Numbered from the stretch's first letter, positions 9,761-18,673 are shown. The stretch is DNA of 64,000 nt from Trueperaceae bacterium (GCA_040905665.1 JBBDRD010000035.1:183229-247228), one strand, 5' to 3'. Made by a program: numbers and translations. The notes: generated by a model from the letters alone, not told the origin.

Positions 9761-9988
9761 ATGAGTCAGCAGAAACTGAGTGTCTCCGTCCCGTCATCGT
9801 TGGCAAGGTTCGTGGACGAGTACAAGAGCGAGCACAACCTCAAAACGAAGAGTGGTGTCGTCGAACGAGCACTGGAAGTTCTCCGCGAGCAGGAACTCGA
9901 ACGTGCGTACGCTCAGGCCTCGCAAGAAACGGATCCCGTGTGGGAGGTGACAACCGGGGACGGTCTAACGGACGAAGACTGGTCATGA
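9761..9988 (+). CDS. RHH (CopG/ParD-like) antitoxin.
   Basis: 75 aa; SVSVPSSLARFVDEY...VVERALEVLRE; ATGA overlap with the downstream mazF-like frame. Confidence 0.65.
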   Translation: MSQQKLSVSVPSSLARFVDEYKSEHNLKTKSGVVERALEVLREQELERAYAQASQETDPVWEVTTGDGLTDEDWS

Positions 9989-10295
9989 CACGGCGCGACA
10001 TCTACTACGCAGACCTCGGCCCCAGCATCGGCAGTGAGGCTAACAAGCGCCGGCCTTGCCTGATCGTTTCGAACGACGCCAACAATCGCAGTGGCAGCCA
10101 CTTACCAGCAACGTGAAACGGGTATACCCGTTCGAGGTTCTCCTCGCGACGGAACTCGGACGTCCAAGCAAGGTCCAGGCCAGTCAGGTTCGTACCATCA
10201 GCAAACAGCGCCTCGAGGGAGTCCCCCTGGCCAGGGTTGACACCAAGATCATGCATCTCGTTGACGAAGCGCTCCGCCTGCATCTGGGAGTGTAG
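9985..10295 (+). pseudogene. mazF/pemK-like toxin gene disrupted by a frameshift near 10090.
   Basis: N-terminal part MTRRDIYYADLGPSIGSEANKRRPCLIVSNDANNRS reads in one frame. C-terminal part PLTSNVKRVYPFEVLLATE...VDTKIMHLVDEALRLHL reads in another (ORF 10056..10295). Confidence 0.7.
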
Positions 10296-10556
10296 GGGCC
10301 GGTGCCGACTTTCGTGCCCACTCGTCAGCCGGAACCCATACTCGGCACCCGAATCTTGGAGTTCGAAGCCAGGAGCGACCTCCAGGTGGTGGAGCGCCTG
10401 GCTGACGGGCTCGGCACGCACAGCCGGGAGAAGCTGGCGGAAGATCTGGGCCTGAGCGTGGCGCGCGTACTCGATCTCAGCGGTATCAAGAGCAGCACTT
10501 CCCACGAGCGCAAAAAATGTTGGGTGGGAATGATAAGTGGTATTATCATTCCTCTT

Positions 10557-11045
10557 TCAATCGTCGCTCGAGGGCAACCGGACCGTTTCCAGGTCGGTGT
10601 GCTGGAAGTCGTCATCTACGAAGGCAAGCCGCTCATCGTGGTCCTTGGCCCGCGTATAGCTCATCACGCCGCCGAAATTTAGCTGCGCCTTGTGGCCCTG
10701 GCCCTTGCCGAACGTGATGTAGGCGTCCCGAGCCAACCGAGCCTGAGCCCCGGAAAACGGAACCAACTCGAGCATCAGCTCGTCGACCAGGTTCTCGAGC
10801 GCCTCCTTGAATTCGCCTCAGACTCGATCGGCCAGAAGCACCTGCGCTTCGACGAACGAGGGCGCCGCGAGAAATTTTCTGGCCTGACCGCGAAGAAAGT
10901 CGACGCTCGACTCCCAGCCCGGCTCGGCGAACGCGATGTGAAGCAGGACGCTGGTGTCGACTACCACTACGGCATTCCCAGGTCGCTCTCGATCTCATCC
11001 TTGCACGGTGCTTTGCCCAGGTGCTCCGGTCGGATGACAGTCTAT
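10557..11045 (-). pseudogene. Decayed paralog of the vapBC module at 13087..13742: vapB C-terminal fragment plus vapC interrupted by in-frame stops.
   Basis: Own translation gives ...HLGKAPCKDEIESDLGMP* then VVVVDTSVLLHIAFAEPGWESSVDFLRGQARKFLAAPSFVEAQVLLADRV*GEFKEALENLVDELMLELVPFSGAQ...FGKGQGHKAQLNFGGVMSY...DDDFQHTDL. This is near-identical in order and sequence to the intact 13087..13742 pair. Confidence 0.7.
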
Positions 11046-11257
11046 GCACGCATTTCCTGAAACGCAAGCGGCGGCAAGCGGTTCTTCAGGGGGCACTCGC
11101 CGATGCACATCGGGCTGGCCGAGCTATGACACCTAGAGGAAATTGATTTTACAGCCTCCATGGGGCATGTTCAAGCTTGCAGGACTGCTCGGTGCAGCCG
11201 ATTGGTGTGCGCTACCCGAAACTGGCATCTGCTGTAGCATAGGCCAAGGAGGAGGTC

Positions 11258-11491
11258 GTGGCGACAGAGCGGCAAGTCAAGCTGTTCAGGAACGGGCGGA
11301 ATCAGGCAGTACGAATTCCTCGAGAGTTCGAGCTTCCGGGGGAGGATGCGATCATACGCAGGGAGGGCAATTCCTTGATTATCGAACCCTCGCCTCCCCG
11401 TTCGTTATTGGCTCTTCTCGATTCGCTGGAGCCCCTCGACGAGGAGTTCCCAGAAATCCTCGATCCGCCTCCGGAGCAGTTCGACCTCTGA
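11258..11491 (+). CDS. vapB: VapB antitoxin, AbrB/SpoVT-type.
   Basis: MATERQVKLFRNGRNQAVRIPREFEL is the AbrB-fold antitoxin signature; GTG start; ATGA overlap with vapC. Confidence 0.8.
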   Translation: MATERQVKLFRNGRNQAVRIPREFELPGEDAIIRREGNSLIIEPSPPRSLLALLDSLEPLDEEFPEILDPPPEQFDL

Positions 11492-11898
11492 TGCGGTACC
11501 TCCTCGATACCAATATCGTTTCGGATCTGGTGCGGAATCCACATGGAACCGTAATGGAGCGGATTCGAGAGGTTGGAGAAGAGCAGATATTTACCAGCAT
11601 AGTCGTCGCGGCCGAACTGCGTTTCGGAGCCAAGAAGAAGGATTCTCCGCGCCTTACGGCTCAAGTCGAGAAGGTGCTGACAGCCCTCCTGATCCAGCCG
11701 TTGGACGTGCCGGCAGATGTCTCCTACGGAGAGATTAGGACACGTCTCGAACAGGAGGGCCGGATTATAGGAGGACACGATCTTCTCATAGCGGCTCAGG
11801 CATTGGCGGAGGAATGCACTCTCGTTACGGACAACGAGCGTCAATTTGCCAGAGTCGATGGCCTCCGCCTCGAGAACTGGTTGCACTCAATCAGATAG
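11491..11898 (+). CDS. vapC: VapC PIN-domain toxin.
   Basis: MRYLLDTNIVSDLVRNP...HDLLIAAQALAEECTLVTDNERQF fits a PIN domain with conserved acidic residues. Confidence 0.85.
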   Translation: MRYLLDTNIVSDLVRNPHGTVMERIREVGEEQIFTSIVVAAELRFGAKKKDSPRLTAQVEKVLTALLIQPLDVPADVSYGEIRTRLEQEGRIIGGHDLLIAAQALAEECTLVTDNERQFARVDGLRLENWLHSIR

Positions 11899-12038
11899 AC
11901 AACGTTCTCGAGCGCGTGACCGCACAGGGCGGCGCGATTGTCGGCAAGGAGCAGCTCGAGAGAGGTCGAGACACCCCTTTCCCACTCCTCAGATAGTCGG
12001 TCCAGGCACTGGCGTCTACCAGTACGAGACTCAACTCT
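11891..12038 (-). pseudogene. N-terminal fragment of a PIN/VapC toxin (LVLVDASAWTDYLRSGKG...), truncated and overlapped by the convergent + strand vapC.
   Basis: Only ~49 codons remain before a stop; a full PIN would need to extend through the + strand vapC. Confidence 0.45.
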
Positions 12039-12252
12039 CCTCCCCGACGAGGCCTCGGACGCGCTCCAAGTCGGAACCTTCGAGCTCTTCGTTGCTGGGG
12101 AGGTGCCGGAGCTTCCCACGAAGACGATAGAAGCGACGGACGTGTTCTGCCCGGATGAACTCCTTGATTGCAAGGTTTACCGCTTCGGTGCGATTCCGAG
12201 TGCCTGCCATCCGCATCAACTCGTCGAACGACTCGTCGTCGATTGAGATCAT
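12031..12252 (-). CDS. Type II antitoxin (VapB-type, RHH-like), apparently orphaned.
   Basis: MISIDDESFDELMRMAGTRNRTEAVNLAIKEFIRAEHVRRF is typical of VapB antitoxins; its stop overlaps the truncated PIN fragment. Confidence 0.6.
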   Translation of the reverse strand: MISIDDESFDELMRMAGTRNRTEAVNLAIKEFIRAEHVRRFYRLRGKLRHLPSNEELEGSDLERVRGLVGEES

Positions 12253-12298
12253 TTCTCCGCCACCGGCGCACTCGCCTTACGGTAGCCTTCTGCGATCC

Positions 12299-12724
12299 CT
12301 ATGTGTCCGGCAAATACGTGCTGTTGGCATCGGCGGCCATCGCAGCCTCGTGAAGCCTCTTATCACTTGTAACCAATGGGAGTCCCGAGCGGAGCACGAT
12401 CCCGAGGTGCAAGGCGTCGCCCGCCCGAAGCGACCCTTCAAGTGGTAGTGCTTTGCGAGCCGTGATGAAATCGGTCGAAGTCAGGGAAATGGAGCGGTAA
12501 CGCGCTTCGCGGCGATCTGCCTCGTATGAATTCAAGGCGAGCCTTGCGCTCTCCAGAGGCAACCGCCGCGTTCTCACCAGGACCGCAAGTGCGCTCTTCC
12601 CTTCCAGGTCCACCCAATCGCTTACGGTGGCGGCTTGTGCCTGACTGCTGTAAAACGCCAGAGCCTGCGGAGTGAAGGCATCCTCGACATAAAGCGAAAG
12701 CATGACGCTCGTGTCGAAGTACAT
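12299..12724 (-). CDS. vapC: VapC PIN-domain toxin.
   Basis: MYFDTSVMLSLYVED...GDALHLGIVLRSGLPLVTSDKRLHEAA. Confidence 0.8.
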   Translation of the reverse strand: MYFDTSVMLSLYVEDAFTPQALAFYSSQAQAATVSDWVDLEGKSALAVLVRTRRLPLESARLALNSYEADRREARYRSISLTSTDFITARKALPLEGSLRAGDALHLGIVLRSGLPLVTSDKRLHEAAMAADANSTYLPDT

Positions 12725-12727
12725 CCG

Positions 12728-12958
12728 CTAGTAGCGCTCTTCGTCTCGAGCGAGAAGCACTCCATTGTCCACCGGCACTTCACTCACCTTGCCTCGAACA
12801 GTGGCCAGATGCTCAAGATCGAGAGTAGGAAGTTCGCTGGTGGGGCCCAGCTCAGCAACTGGACGGCCCCGCCGAGTAATTGTGATTCTCTCACCGCGAG
12901 CCGCACGCTCCAGCAACTCAGCAAAAGAGCGGCGAGCGGCGCTGTACGTTACTTCCAT
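12728..12958 (-). CDS. phd: Phd/YefM-family antitoxin; start taken at internal MEVTYSAARRSFAELLERAARGERITITRRGRPVAEL.
   Basis: Phd/YefM signature; 1-nt spacing to the vapC start. Confidence 0.75.
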   Translation of the reverse strand: MEVTYSAARRSFAELLERAARGERITITRRGRPVAELGPTSELPTLDLEHLATVRGKVSEVPVDNGVLLARDEERY

Positions 12959-13086
12959 GTCTAATTGTACCACATGCTTGTACGCTTGGCTGATACCGGC
13001 ACGCGGACGCTGGAGCAGCGCTTCCAGGCTCCCGAGGAAAAGCGTTGCAGGCAAATGACGTTTCGGCTGCCCAATCCACTATGCCC

Positions 13087-13491
13087 TCACTCGAGGGGCA
13101 ACCGCACACTGTCCAGGTCGGTGTGGTTGAAGTCGTCGCCTACGAACACGAGCTTCTCACGGCGGTCCTTCGCCAGCGCGTAACTGAGCACGTCTCCGTA
13201 GTTGAGCTGAGCTCGGTGACCCTGGCCCTTGCCATACGTCAGATATGCTGCCTGCGCAAGGCCCGCCTGCCTGACGGTGAACGGAACGACCTCGAGCATC
13301 AGATCGCCCACGAGTTCCTGCAGAACTTCGAATGACCCGACTCGCGTGCGCCCCGCCAACACGGCTTGCGCTTCGACGACCGACGGCGCCGCGACCAGTC
13401 GCGACTGTTGGCTCAGCAGAAACGCGACGCTACCTTCCCAGCCAGGCTCTGCGAACGCGACGTGCAACACTACACTGGTATCGACAACCAC
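13087..13491 (-). CDS. vapC: VapC PIN-domain toxin (GTG start overlapping the vapB stop).
   Basis: VVDTSVVLHVAFAEPGWEG...YGKGQGHRAQLNYGDVLSYALA...VGDDFNHTDL. Confidence 0.85.
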   Translation of the reverse strand: MVVDTSVVLHVAFAEPGWEGSVAFLLSQQSRLVAAPSVVEAQAVLAGRTRVGSFEVLQELVGDLMLEVVPFTVRQAGLAQAAYLTYGKGQGHRAQLNYGDVLSYALAKDRREKLVFVGDDFNHTDLDSVRLPLE

Positions 13492-13742
13492 TACGGCATC
13501 CCGAGTTCCGTCTCGATCTCGGCCTTGCTAGGTGCTCTCCCCATATACTCCGGCTTGATCGAGGCATGGACCTTCTGCCTTATCGTGCCCAGCGCCGCCT
13601 CCACCTCCGCAGACGCCATGAGCTTCTCGCGATAAAGCTCCAAAGCGTGAATGATGGCCTCGGTCTTGCCCTGGCCCGTGAATGCCGTCACTTGCTCCAG
13701 CAGCTCCGCAGCTGTGTCGTTCTTGACGCTGAACTGTCGCAT
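13491..13742 (-). CDS. vapB: VapB antitoxin; start at MRQFSVKNDTAAELLEQ.
   Basis: Small protein immediately upstream of vapC and overlapping it; RHH-like composition. Confidence 0.7.
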   Translation of the reverse strand: MRQFSVKNDTAAELLEQVTAFTGQGKTEAIIHALELYREKLMASAEVEAALGTIRQKVHASIKPEYMGRAPSKAEIETELGMP

Positions 13743-13924
13743 ATCGCATCTTAGCATGGATTCTAGAAATGGGGAGCGTGTTCTAGACTCACCTCTGGCC
13801 AAGCTCGGCGACACCCTGCCCTTAAGCTACCCGCGTACAGCGGATTCTAAGGAGGAATTCGCTGCCACCAGAAAAAGCTCGCGTCACAATATCGTCATGT
13901 AAGAATCACGCAGAAGGAGGCGAG

Positions 13925-14392
13925 GTGAGTATTCGTGTTGCAGTCCCGGAAGACGCTTCCGCGATCGGTCGCGTCCATGTCGACTCCTGGCGCACCACTT
14001 ACCAGGGTCTCCTTCCGGACTCCATGCTCGACAACCTGTCCGTGGAGCAACGCGAAGCAAGCTGGCGGCAGCAGATAGGTACGCAGTCGTCAGATGCATT
14101 CCGAGGCTGCGTATTCGTTGCGGACGATTCTCATGGACAACTCGTCGGATTCGCCTCGGGAGGTTCCGGGCGAGAGCAAGACTTGCCCTTTGAGGCGGAA
14201 CTCTACGCCATCTACCTACTGCACGAGCATCAAGGCCAAGGCACTCGACGCGCACTCACTAACCGAGTCGTCGATTACCTACGGAGACACGGGCATGACT
14301 CCATGCGGGTCTGGGTGCTAAAAGGCAACCCGGCCGAAGCGTTCTACGAGCGCCTAGGAGGGAAGCCGGTCGGACACAAGACCATCACTTGA
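13925..14392 (+). CDS. GNAT-family N-acetyltransferase.
   Basis: IRVAVPEDASAIGRVHVDSWRTTY plus an acetyl-CoA binding region HQGQGTRRAL; GTG start with a GAAGGAGG ribosome-binding site. Confidence 0.8.
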   Translation: MSIRVAVPEDASAIGRVHVDSWRTTYQGLLPDSMLDNLSVEQREASWRQQIGTQSSDAFRGCVFVADDSHGQLVGFASGGSGREQDLPFEAELYAIYLLHEHQGQGTRRALTNRVVDYLRRHGHDSMRVWVLKGNPAEAFYERLGGKPVGHKTIT

Positions 14393-14521
14393 CCTTGCCG
14401 CTCGCAGTGAAGGTCTCACCGGCAGCCTGACCAAGGCCGGGCCGATTCATCTCGTCGTACCCCTCTTCCTCGCCCTCAGCGCTGCGAACAGAGGAATGTC
14501 ATCCTGCCGCGAGCGGCCCGT

Positions 14522-15148
14522 CTAGCCGGCCAGCGGGTCGGCGAGCTCGTCGAGATGATCGACAGTCAGGCCGTAGCGGGCTAGAGTGTTGACGTACGTG
14601 GTAAGCGCACGGTGGAAGCTCAAGGTTGCGCCTCTGGCGTGGGGCGTGACGTCGGAATAGGCCTTCATCGGCACACCCGACTCGCTAAGATAGCTGTCGA
14701 CGCGCCGGTAGGTGAGCTTGCGCGAGCGGTCGTAGCCCCAACCGCTCCGCCTTGGCACCCTGAAGCAGGGGTGCGTCATGAAGATGACGAGACGGCCGTT
14801 CGGTCTCAGCACGCTACTCACCGAGCCGACCACGCCGTCCAGCGGATCCATGTCCTGGATGCTGAGCATGAAGACCGCCACGTCGAAACTCTCCGGCGAG
14901 ACACCGGCCACTGCCAGCAGATCACGAGAGTCACCCAGCACAAACCTTGCCTCCTCGCCATGAAACTTTTGTGCCAGAGCGAGAAGCCTCGGACTGGCAT
15001 CGACGCCCAGGTAGCTCCCTTTGGCGGCAAGGACGTGCGGCGCGAGCACACCCTGGCCGCAACCGACATCGAGTACTCGCTCGCCACGACGAAGCTGCGC
15101 CAGCCGCAAGATAGTGGGGATCCCGGCTTTGCGGTTCTTCTTGACCAT
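14522..15148 (-). CDS. Class I SAM-dependent methyltransferase.
   Basis: VLDVGCGQGVLAPHV is methyltransferase motif I. Confidence 0.8.
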   Translation of the reverse strand: MVKKNRKAGIPTILRLAQLRRGERVLDVGCGQGVLAPHVLAAKGSYLGVDASPRLLALAQKFHGEEARFVLGDSRDLLAVAGVSPESFDVAVFMLSIQDMDPLDGVVGSVSSVLRPNGRLVIFMTHPCFRVPRRSGWGYDRSRKLTYRRVDSYLSESGVPMKAYSDVTPHARGATLSFHRALTTYVNTLARYGLTVDHLDELADPLAG

Positions 15149-15259
15149 CGCGGGGCGCCCTGTGGAACGAATTCGAGGCGCTGCCGGCTGCGACCGAGTC
15201 CCACGAGGACTGGTCCAACCGCGACATGCACGCGTGCTACTTGGAGGCTGAGGACGACC

Positions 15260-15646
15260 TCACCACAGCGTCATGACTTCATACCTTTTCACGATCTCGT
15301 CATTCGTTGCGAGAAGTGCGCCTTCGCTTTTCGCCTGCGCTATCAGCAATCGGTCAAACGGGTCGTGGTGATGCTCGGGCAGGTCGTACTCGGCTACGGC
15401 GTGAGCCATCGTAACCGGAAGTACCTTGAATGCGTGGAGAGCGAGCATTCGGGCCATGAAGGTCGACGGTTTCTCCGAAAGGCGGAGTCGGCCTAGACGC
15501 GCCTTGATGGCTATTTCCCAACCGTTGACCGCGCTCACCAAGACGTCATTCGACTTGGCGGAGATTGCCCGCCGGGCAGTTTCGGACAAACGCTGACTAT
15601 CGGCGCACCACCAAAGGAAAGTGTGAGTATCCAGCAGGAGCTTCAT
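15260..15646 (-). CDS. vapC: VapC PIN-domain toxin; start at MKLLLDTHTFLWW.
   Basis: PIN signature; ATGA overlap with the upstream antitoxin. Confidence 0.8.
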   Translation of the reverse strand: MKLLLDTHTFLWWCADSQRLSETARRAISAKSNDVLVSAVNGWEIAIKARLGRLRLSEKPSTFMARMLALHAFKVLPVTMAHAVAEYDLPEHHHDPFDRLLIAQAKSEGALLATNDEIVKRYEVMTLW

Positions 15647-15870
15647 TCGAAGGATCCCCGAATAGCGTCGGGGAGCGGATCGAAGAAATTCTCCGGAACC
15701 TCGAGGCCCTCTGCCCCACCAGGCAGGCGATCCCCTTTCGAGGTGAGTGGACACAGCTTGGCCACCGGTTCTCCCGCCCTAGCAATGACAATCTCCTCGC
15801 CCAGGGCTACACGTTCCAAGAGCTTCGACAAATGCGTCTTGGCCTCGTGAATGTTCACCGATGTCGCCAT
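15643..15870 (-). CDS. phd: Phd/YefM-family antitoxin; start at MATSVNIHEAKTHLSKLLERVALGEEIVIARAGEPVAKL.
   Basis: Phd/YefM motif. Confidence 0.75.
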   Translation of the reverse strand: MATSVNIHEAKTHLSKLLERVALGEEIVIARAGEPVAKLCPLTSKGDRLPGGAEGLEVPENFFDPLPDAIRGSFE

Positions 15871-16326
15871 GCCCTCACTATAGACTAAACAGTGGACTAA
15901 GCCTCGCATCCAGCATTGAACTTGATGACGGATGACGTGATCTTCATGGTTCCAGGGCAAGAGCCGTTCGGTAAGGACGTGTTCGCCGCAACCTCCCACA
16001 AGATGAAGGGCATGCGAATGGATGGAAGCAGCGAGATCCGGGAGCTCCGGTCATCGGTGACTGGGCATAACTACGTAATTACCTCGAGATGACGATGTCT
16101 CCGCCAGAAGGGGGACGGCCGATACGCCGCACCGGTTATACGCTCTCCTCTCGGTTCTGCGTAAAGAGCCGGACGGGCATTGGCGCCTCGCTCGCGATGC
16201 TAAGACCATAAATCAGTAAATCAGTGTTTGTCGGCGATCAATCAGTACCGATCAGCGCCGGAAGTGAATCAAGTCCAGATCTTCGAGTACCTGATAGTGC
16301 TTGAAGGAAAGCTATAGATGCTCGAG

Positions 16327-16521
16327 TTAGTAGCGACTTTTCCGTAACCGCTCGATATGCGAGTTCACGTCCTCGACGGTCTCACGATCTCGCCACATCC
16401 CGAACAGAGGAGAATCCTCGACAGTGCCGGAGGCGGCTGCATTGCCGATGGCCGTTAGCCGGGCTTTGGGCTGCCCGCGATAACTGATAATCACTTCTTC
16501 ACCAAGCGCGACGGTTTCCAA
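16327..16521 (-). pseudogene. Orphan Phd/YefM-like antitoxin fragment.
   Basis: Paralogous to the 15643..15870 antitoxin (TRTDTKRILETVALGEEVIISYRGQPKARL). Homology continues upstream of the ATG until a stop. Confidence 0.5.
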
Positions 16522-16723
16522 TATCCGCTTGGTATCGGTCCGCGTTGCTTTGTCGGGTCAAGCATCTACTGAAAACGAATAAAGCGAACTCGCCGATCCG
16601 ACACGCTTACATGAATGAAGGCGGCTGCGTCATTCACCTAGATCCCCCGTCCAGTGATCGCTGCATTCCTATAATTGCCTACTACGGAACCCGTGCAAAG
16701 GTGCGCGCTCCTAGACTGGCAGC

Positions 16724-17443
16724 ATGGGGATGTTCGACTGGTTAACCTTCGAGAACGACATTCCTGATCCGAATCTACGGGAGCGCGAGTGGCAGACCAA
16801 GAGCCTGGAGAACGCGATGCTTCGCTACCGCGTGACCGAGGGCGGGGAACTGTTCGTGACGCGAAACGAGCTAAGGGCTCGCGACGATTCCGAATCGTTT
16901 CTGGGTATCTCGTTTGAGGTTGTTCGTGAGTGGGAAGAGAACGTCGGCTACCACGGTGTCATCGAGGCGTATACGTACGAGCGCTTGGCGGACGACAGCA
17001 GCCATACGGTCACATATCGGCTTTACTTCACGTATGGAAGACTGACCAGCCTCGAGCGTGACGAGCAAACCCATCCGCCGGTAAAGCGGATGCCCCCGCA
17101 GGAGGACGAAAGCCCCAGGTGGCGGGTGACGACCGGCAAACTCGAAGTGGACTTTCCCGAAACCATGCAGGCGACGCTTATGAAACAGGAAGGTCAACTT
17201 TACGTGTTCCGAGTGGCATTCGACGGATACCTGAACGCTTGGATTGAAGGGAATGCAGTGAGTCTGCGCGGAGTGAAGGTTGATCTCGGCATGGGTCCGA
17301 CAATCCGGAGTTCAGGGAATATCAAGCACGTCGAAGGAGATGAACTCGAGGTCTTGGTCGAGAACAAGGCAGGCGAGTACCTGATCATCATTGCCCCAAA
17401 GGGGTACGCGCAGGAAGGTAATGACAGAGCGCGTAACTCATGA
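16724..17443 (+). CDS. Hypothetical protein (239 aa), island cargo, no recognisable domain.
   Basis: Long ORF with protein-like composition and slightly lower GC; adjacent to the integrase. Confidence 0.5.
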   Translation: MGMFDWLTFENDIPDPNLREREWQTKSLENAMLRYRVTEGGELFVTRNELRARDDSESFLGISFEVVREWEENVGYHGVIEAYTYERLADDSSHTVTYRLYFTYGRLTSLERDEQTHPPVKRMPPQEDESPRWRVTTGKLEVDFPETMQATLMKQEGQLYVFRVAFDGYLNAWIEGNAVSLRGVKVDLGMGPTIRSSGNIKHVEGDELEVLVENKAGEYLIIIAPKGYAQEGNDRARNS

Positions 17444-17584
17444 CGTCGCCGTTGTTCAACCGGGCACGTTTGTTAAGTGATTCCGCTCCGATAATTCACG
17501 GCCTCGGTATTATCATTCCGCGATGCACAGACTTCGTTCCCCCGACGACGACACCTCAAACCTTACGCCGAAGCCGGCTGTACG

Positions 17585-18673
17585 ATGAGCGGCACACTCG
17601 AAAGGCTCGGCCAGAAGGATCTCATCCAGCGCGCCCGCGATATAGCCGCTTGGTCCGAAGACGAACGACGGCGTTTCGCCGCTCAGGCCGCCAATGAGCG
17701 TGATCTCAACGACCTATGGGCGATCACCTACAGCTACCTCACCTTTCACAGCCAAGCCAGGGGCGGACTGTCACCTCACACAATGCGCAGTTACCGCAAA
17801 GGCGTCGCGCAACTGGTCGCGGCCTGGAGCGGCGAGAACCTGCTCCGTCCCAGCTCGAACGCCGGCACGATTTACGTCGACGCGCTCATGGACATCGGCC
17901 GGGTACGGGACCCGCGCGACCCCACGCCCGAGCGAATGACCGAGCGCGAGCTGGAGCGTCGCCGGGCGATGGACTACGGCCTGTCGGATAGCAACGGAGC
18001 ACGCGGCAGGCCGCTCTCCCCCGCTTCGGTACGTAGCCGGATTCAAGCAGCACGTGCTCTCTTTGCCGGCCTCAACTGGACCAAGGCCACCACTGCACGT
18101 CCCTTCGACGGCGTGAAACTGCCCATGCGCCGCGAGGACTCCGGCGCCCGAATCCGCGAGAAGGCCTATACGGACGAGGAGCTCGAGGCGATGCTCGGCC
18201 TTGCGGAAGCCACGATCGAGGACCGGGTCCTTGTCCACTTGGGCGCTCATGGCGGGCTGCGCGTAAGTGAGATGCTGGCCCTGCGATGGGAAGACGTTCA
18301 CAACCCGCCCGGCAAGATCCGGGTGCGCGCCGGCAAGGGGGGCAAAGCGGGCCACGTGCGCATGAGCGCGACACTGTCGAGCTGCCTCGACGAGTGGTCG
18401 CACGAGGGCGGGGTGACGCCCAAGTCGCGCGTGCTCTTGCATAAGACCCAGGCGCAGGTTTTCGAGCGTCTGGAAACCCTATGGCGCCAGGCCTTCCCCG
18501 GACGGGAGTTCGAGAAGGGCGTGCACGGGTTGCGCCACTACACCGGCGTGCGGCTCTATCTGCAAACCGGCAACCTCAAGAAGGTCAAGGATCACCTGCG
18601 TCACGCCAGCCTCGATATGGCGCTGGTATACGCCGATGCGGCGGACGACACCGAGGAGGTCGGGGAGTGGTAG
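17585..18673 (+). CDS. Tyrosine-type site-specific recombinase/integrase (phage-integrase family).
   Basis: Catalytic motifs LVHLGAHGGLRVSEMLAL, HGLRHYTG and LGHASLDMALVYAD, with the catalytic Y. Confidence 0.85.
   Translation: MSGTLERLGQKDLIQRARDIAAWSEDERRRFAAQAANERDLNDLWAITYSYLTFHSQARGGLSPHTMRSYRKGVAQLVAAWSGENLLRPSSNAGTIYVDALMDIGRVRDPRDPTPERMTERELERRRAMDYGLSDSNGARGRPLSPASVRSRIQAARALFAGLNWTKATTARPFDGVKLPMRREDSGARIREKAYTDEELEAMLGLAEATIEDRVLVHLGAHGGLRVSEMLALRWEDVHNPPGKIRVRAGKGGKAGHVRMSATLSSCLDEWSHEGGVTPKSRVLLHKTQAQVFERLETLWRQAFPGREFEKGVHGLRHYTGVRLYLQTGNLKKVKDHLRHASLDMALVYADAADDTEEVGEW

Noticed and set aside
10302-10556. N-terminal part of the + strand ORF 10302..10682 looks like an HTH (ILEFEARSDLQVVERLADGLGTHSREKLAEDLGLSVARVLDL), possibly a truncated regulator fragment.
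   Set aside because: The ORF runs by chance into the reverse strand of the vapC remnant and has no clear family assignment. It may be a gene fragment, but the evidence is too weak to call.
13925-14392. The GNAT could be a TacT/AtaT-type GNAT toxin, given the TA-rich context.
   Set aside because: No RHH/DUF1778 antitoxin gene is adjacent; its upstream neighbour is the divergent vapB. The sequence looks like an ordinary small GNAT.
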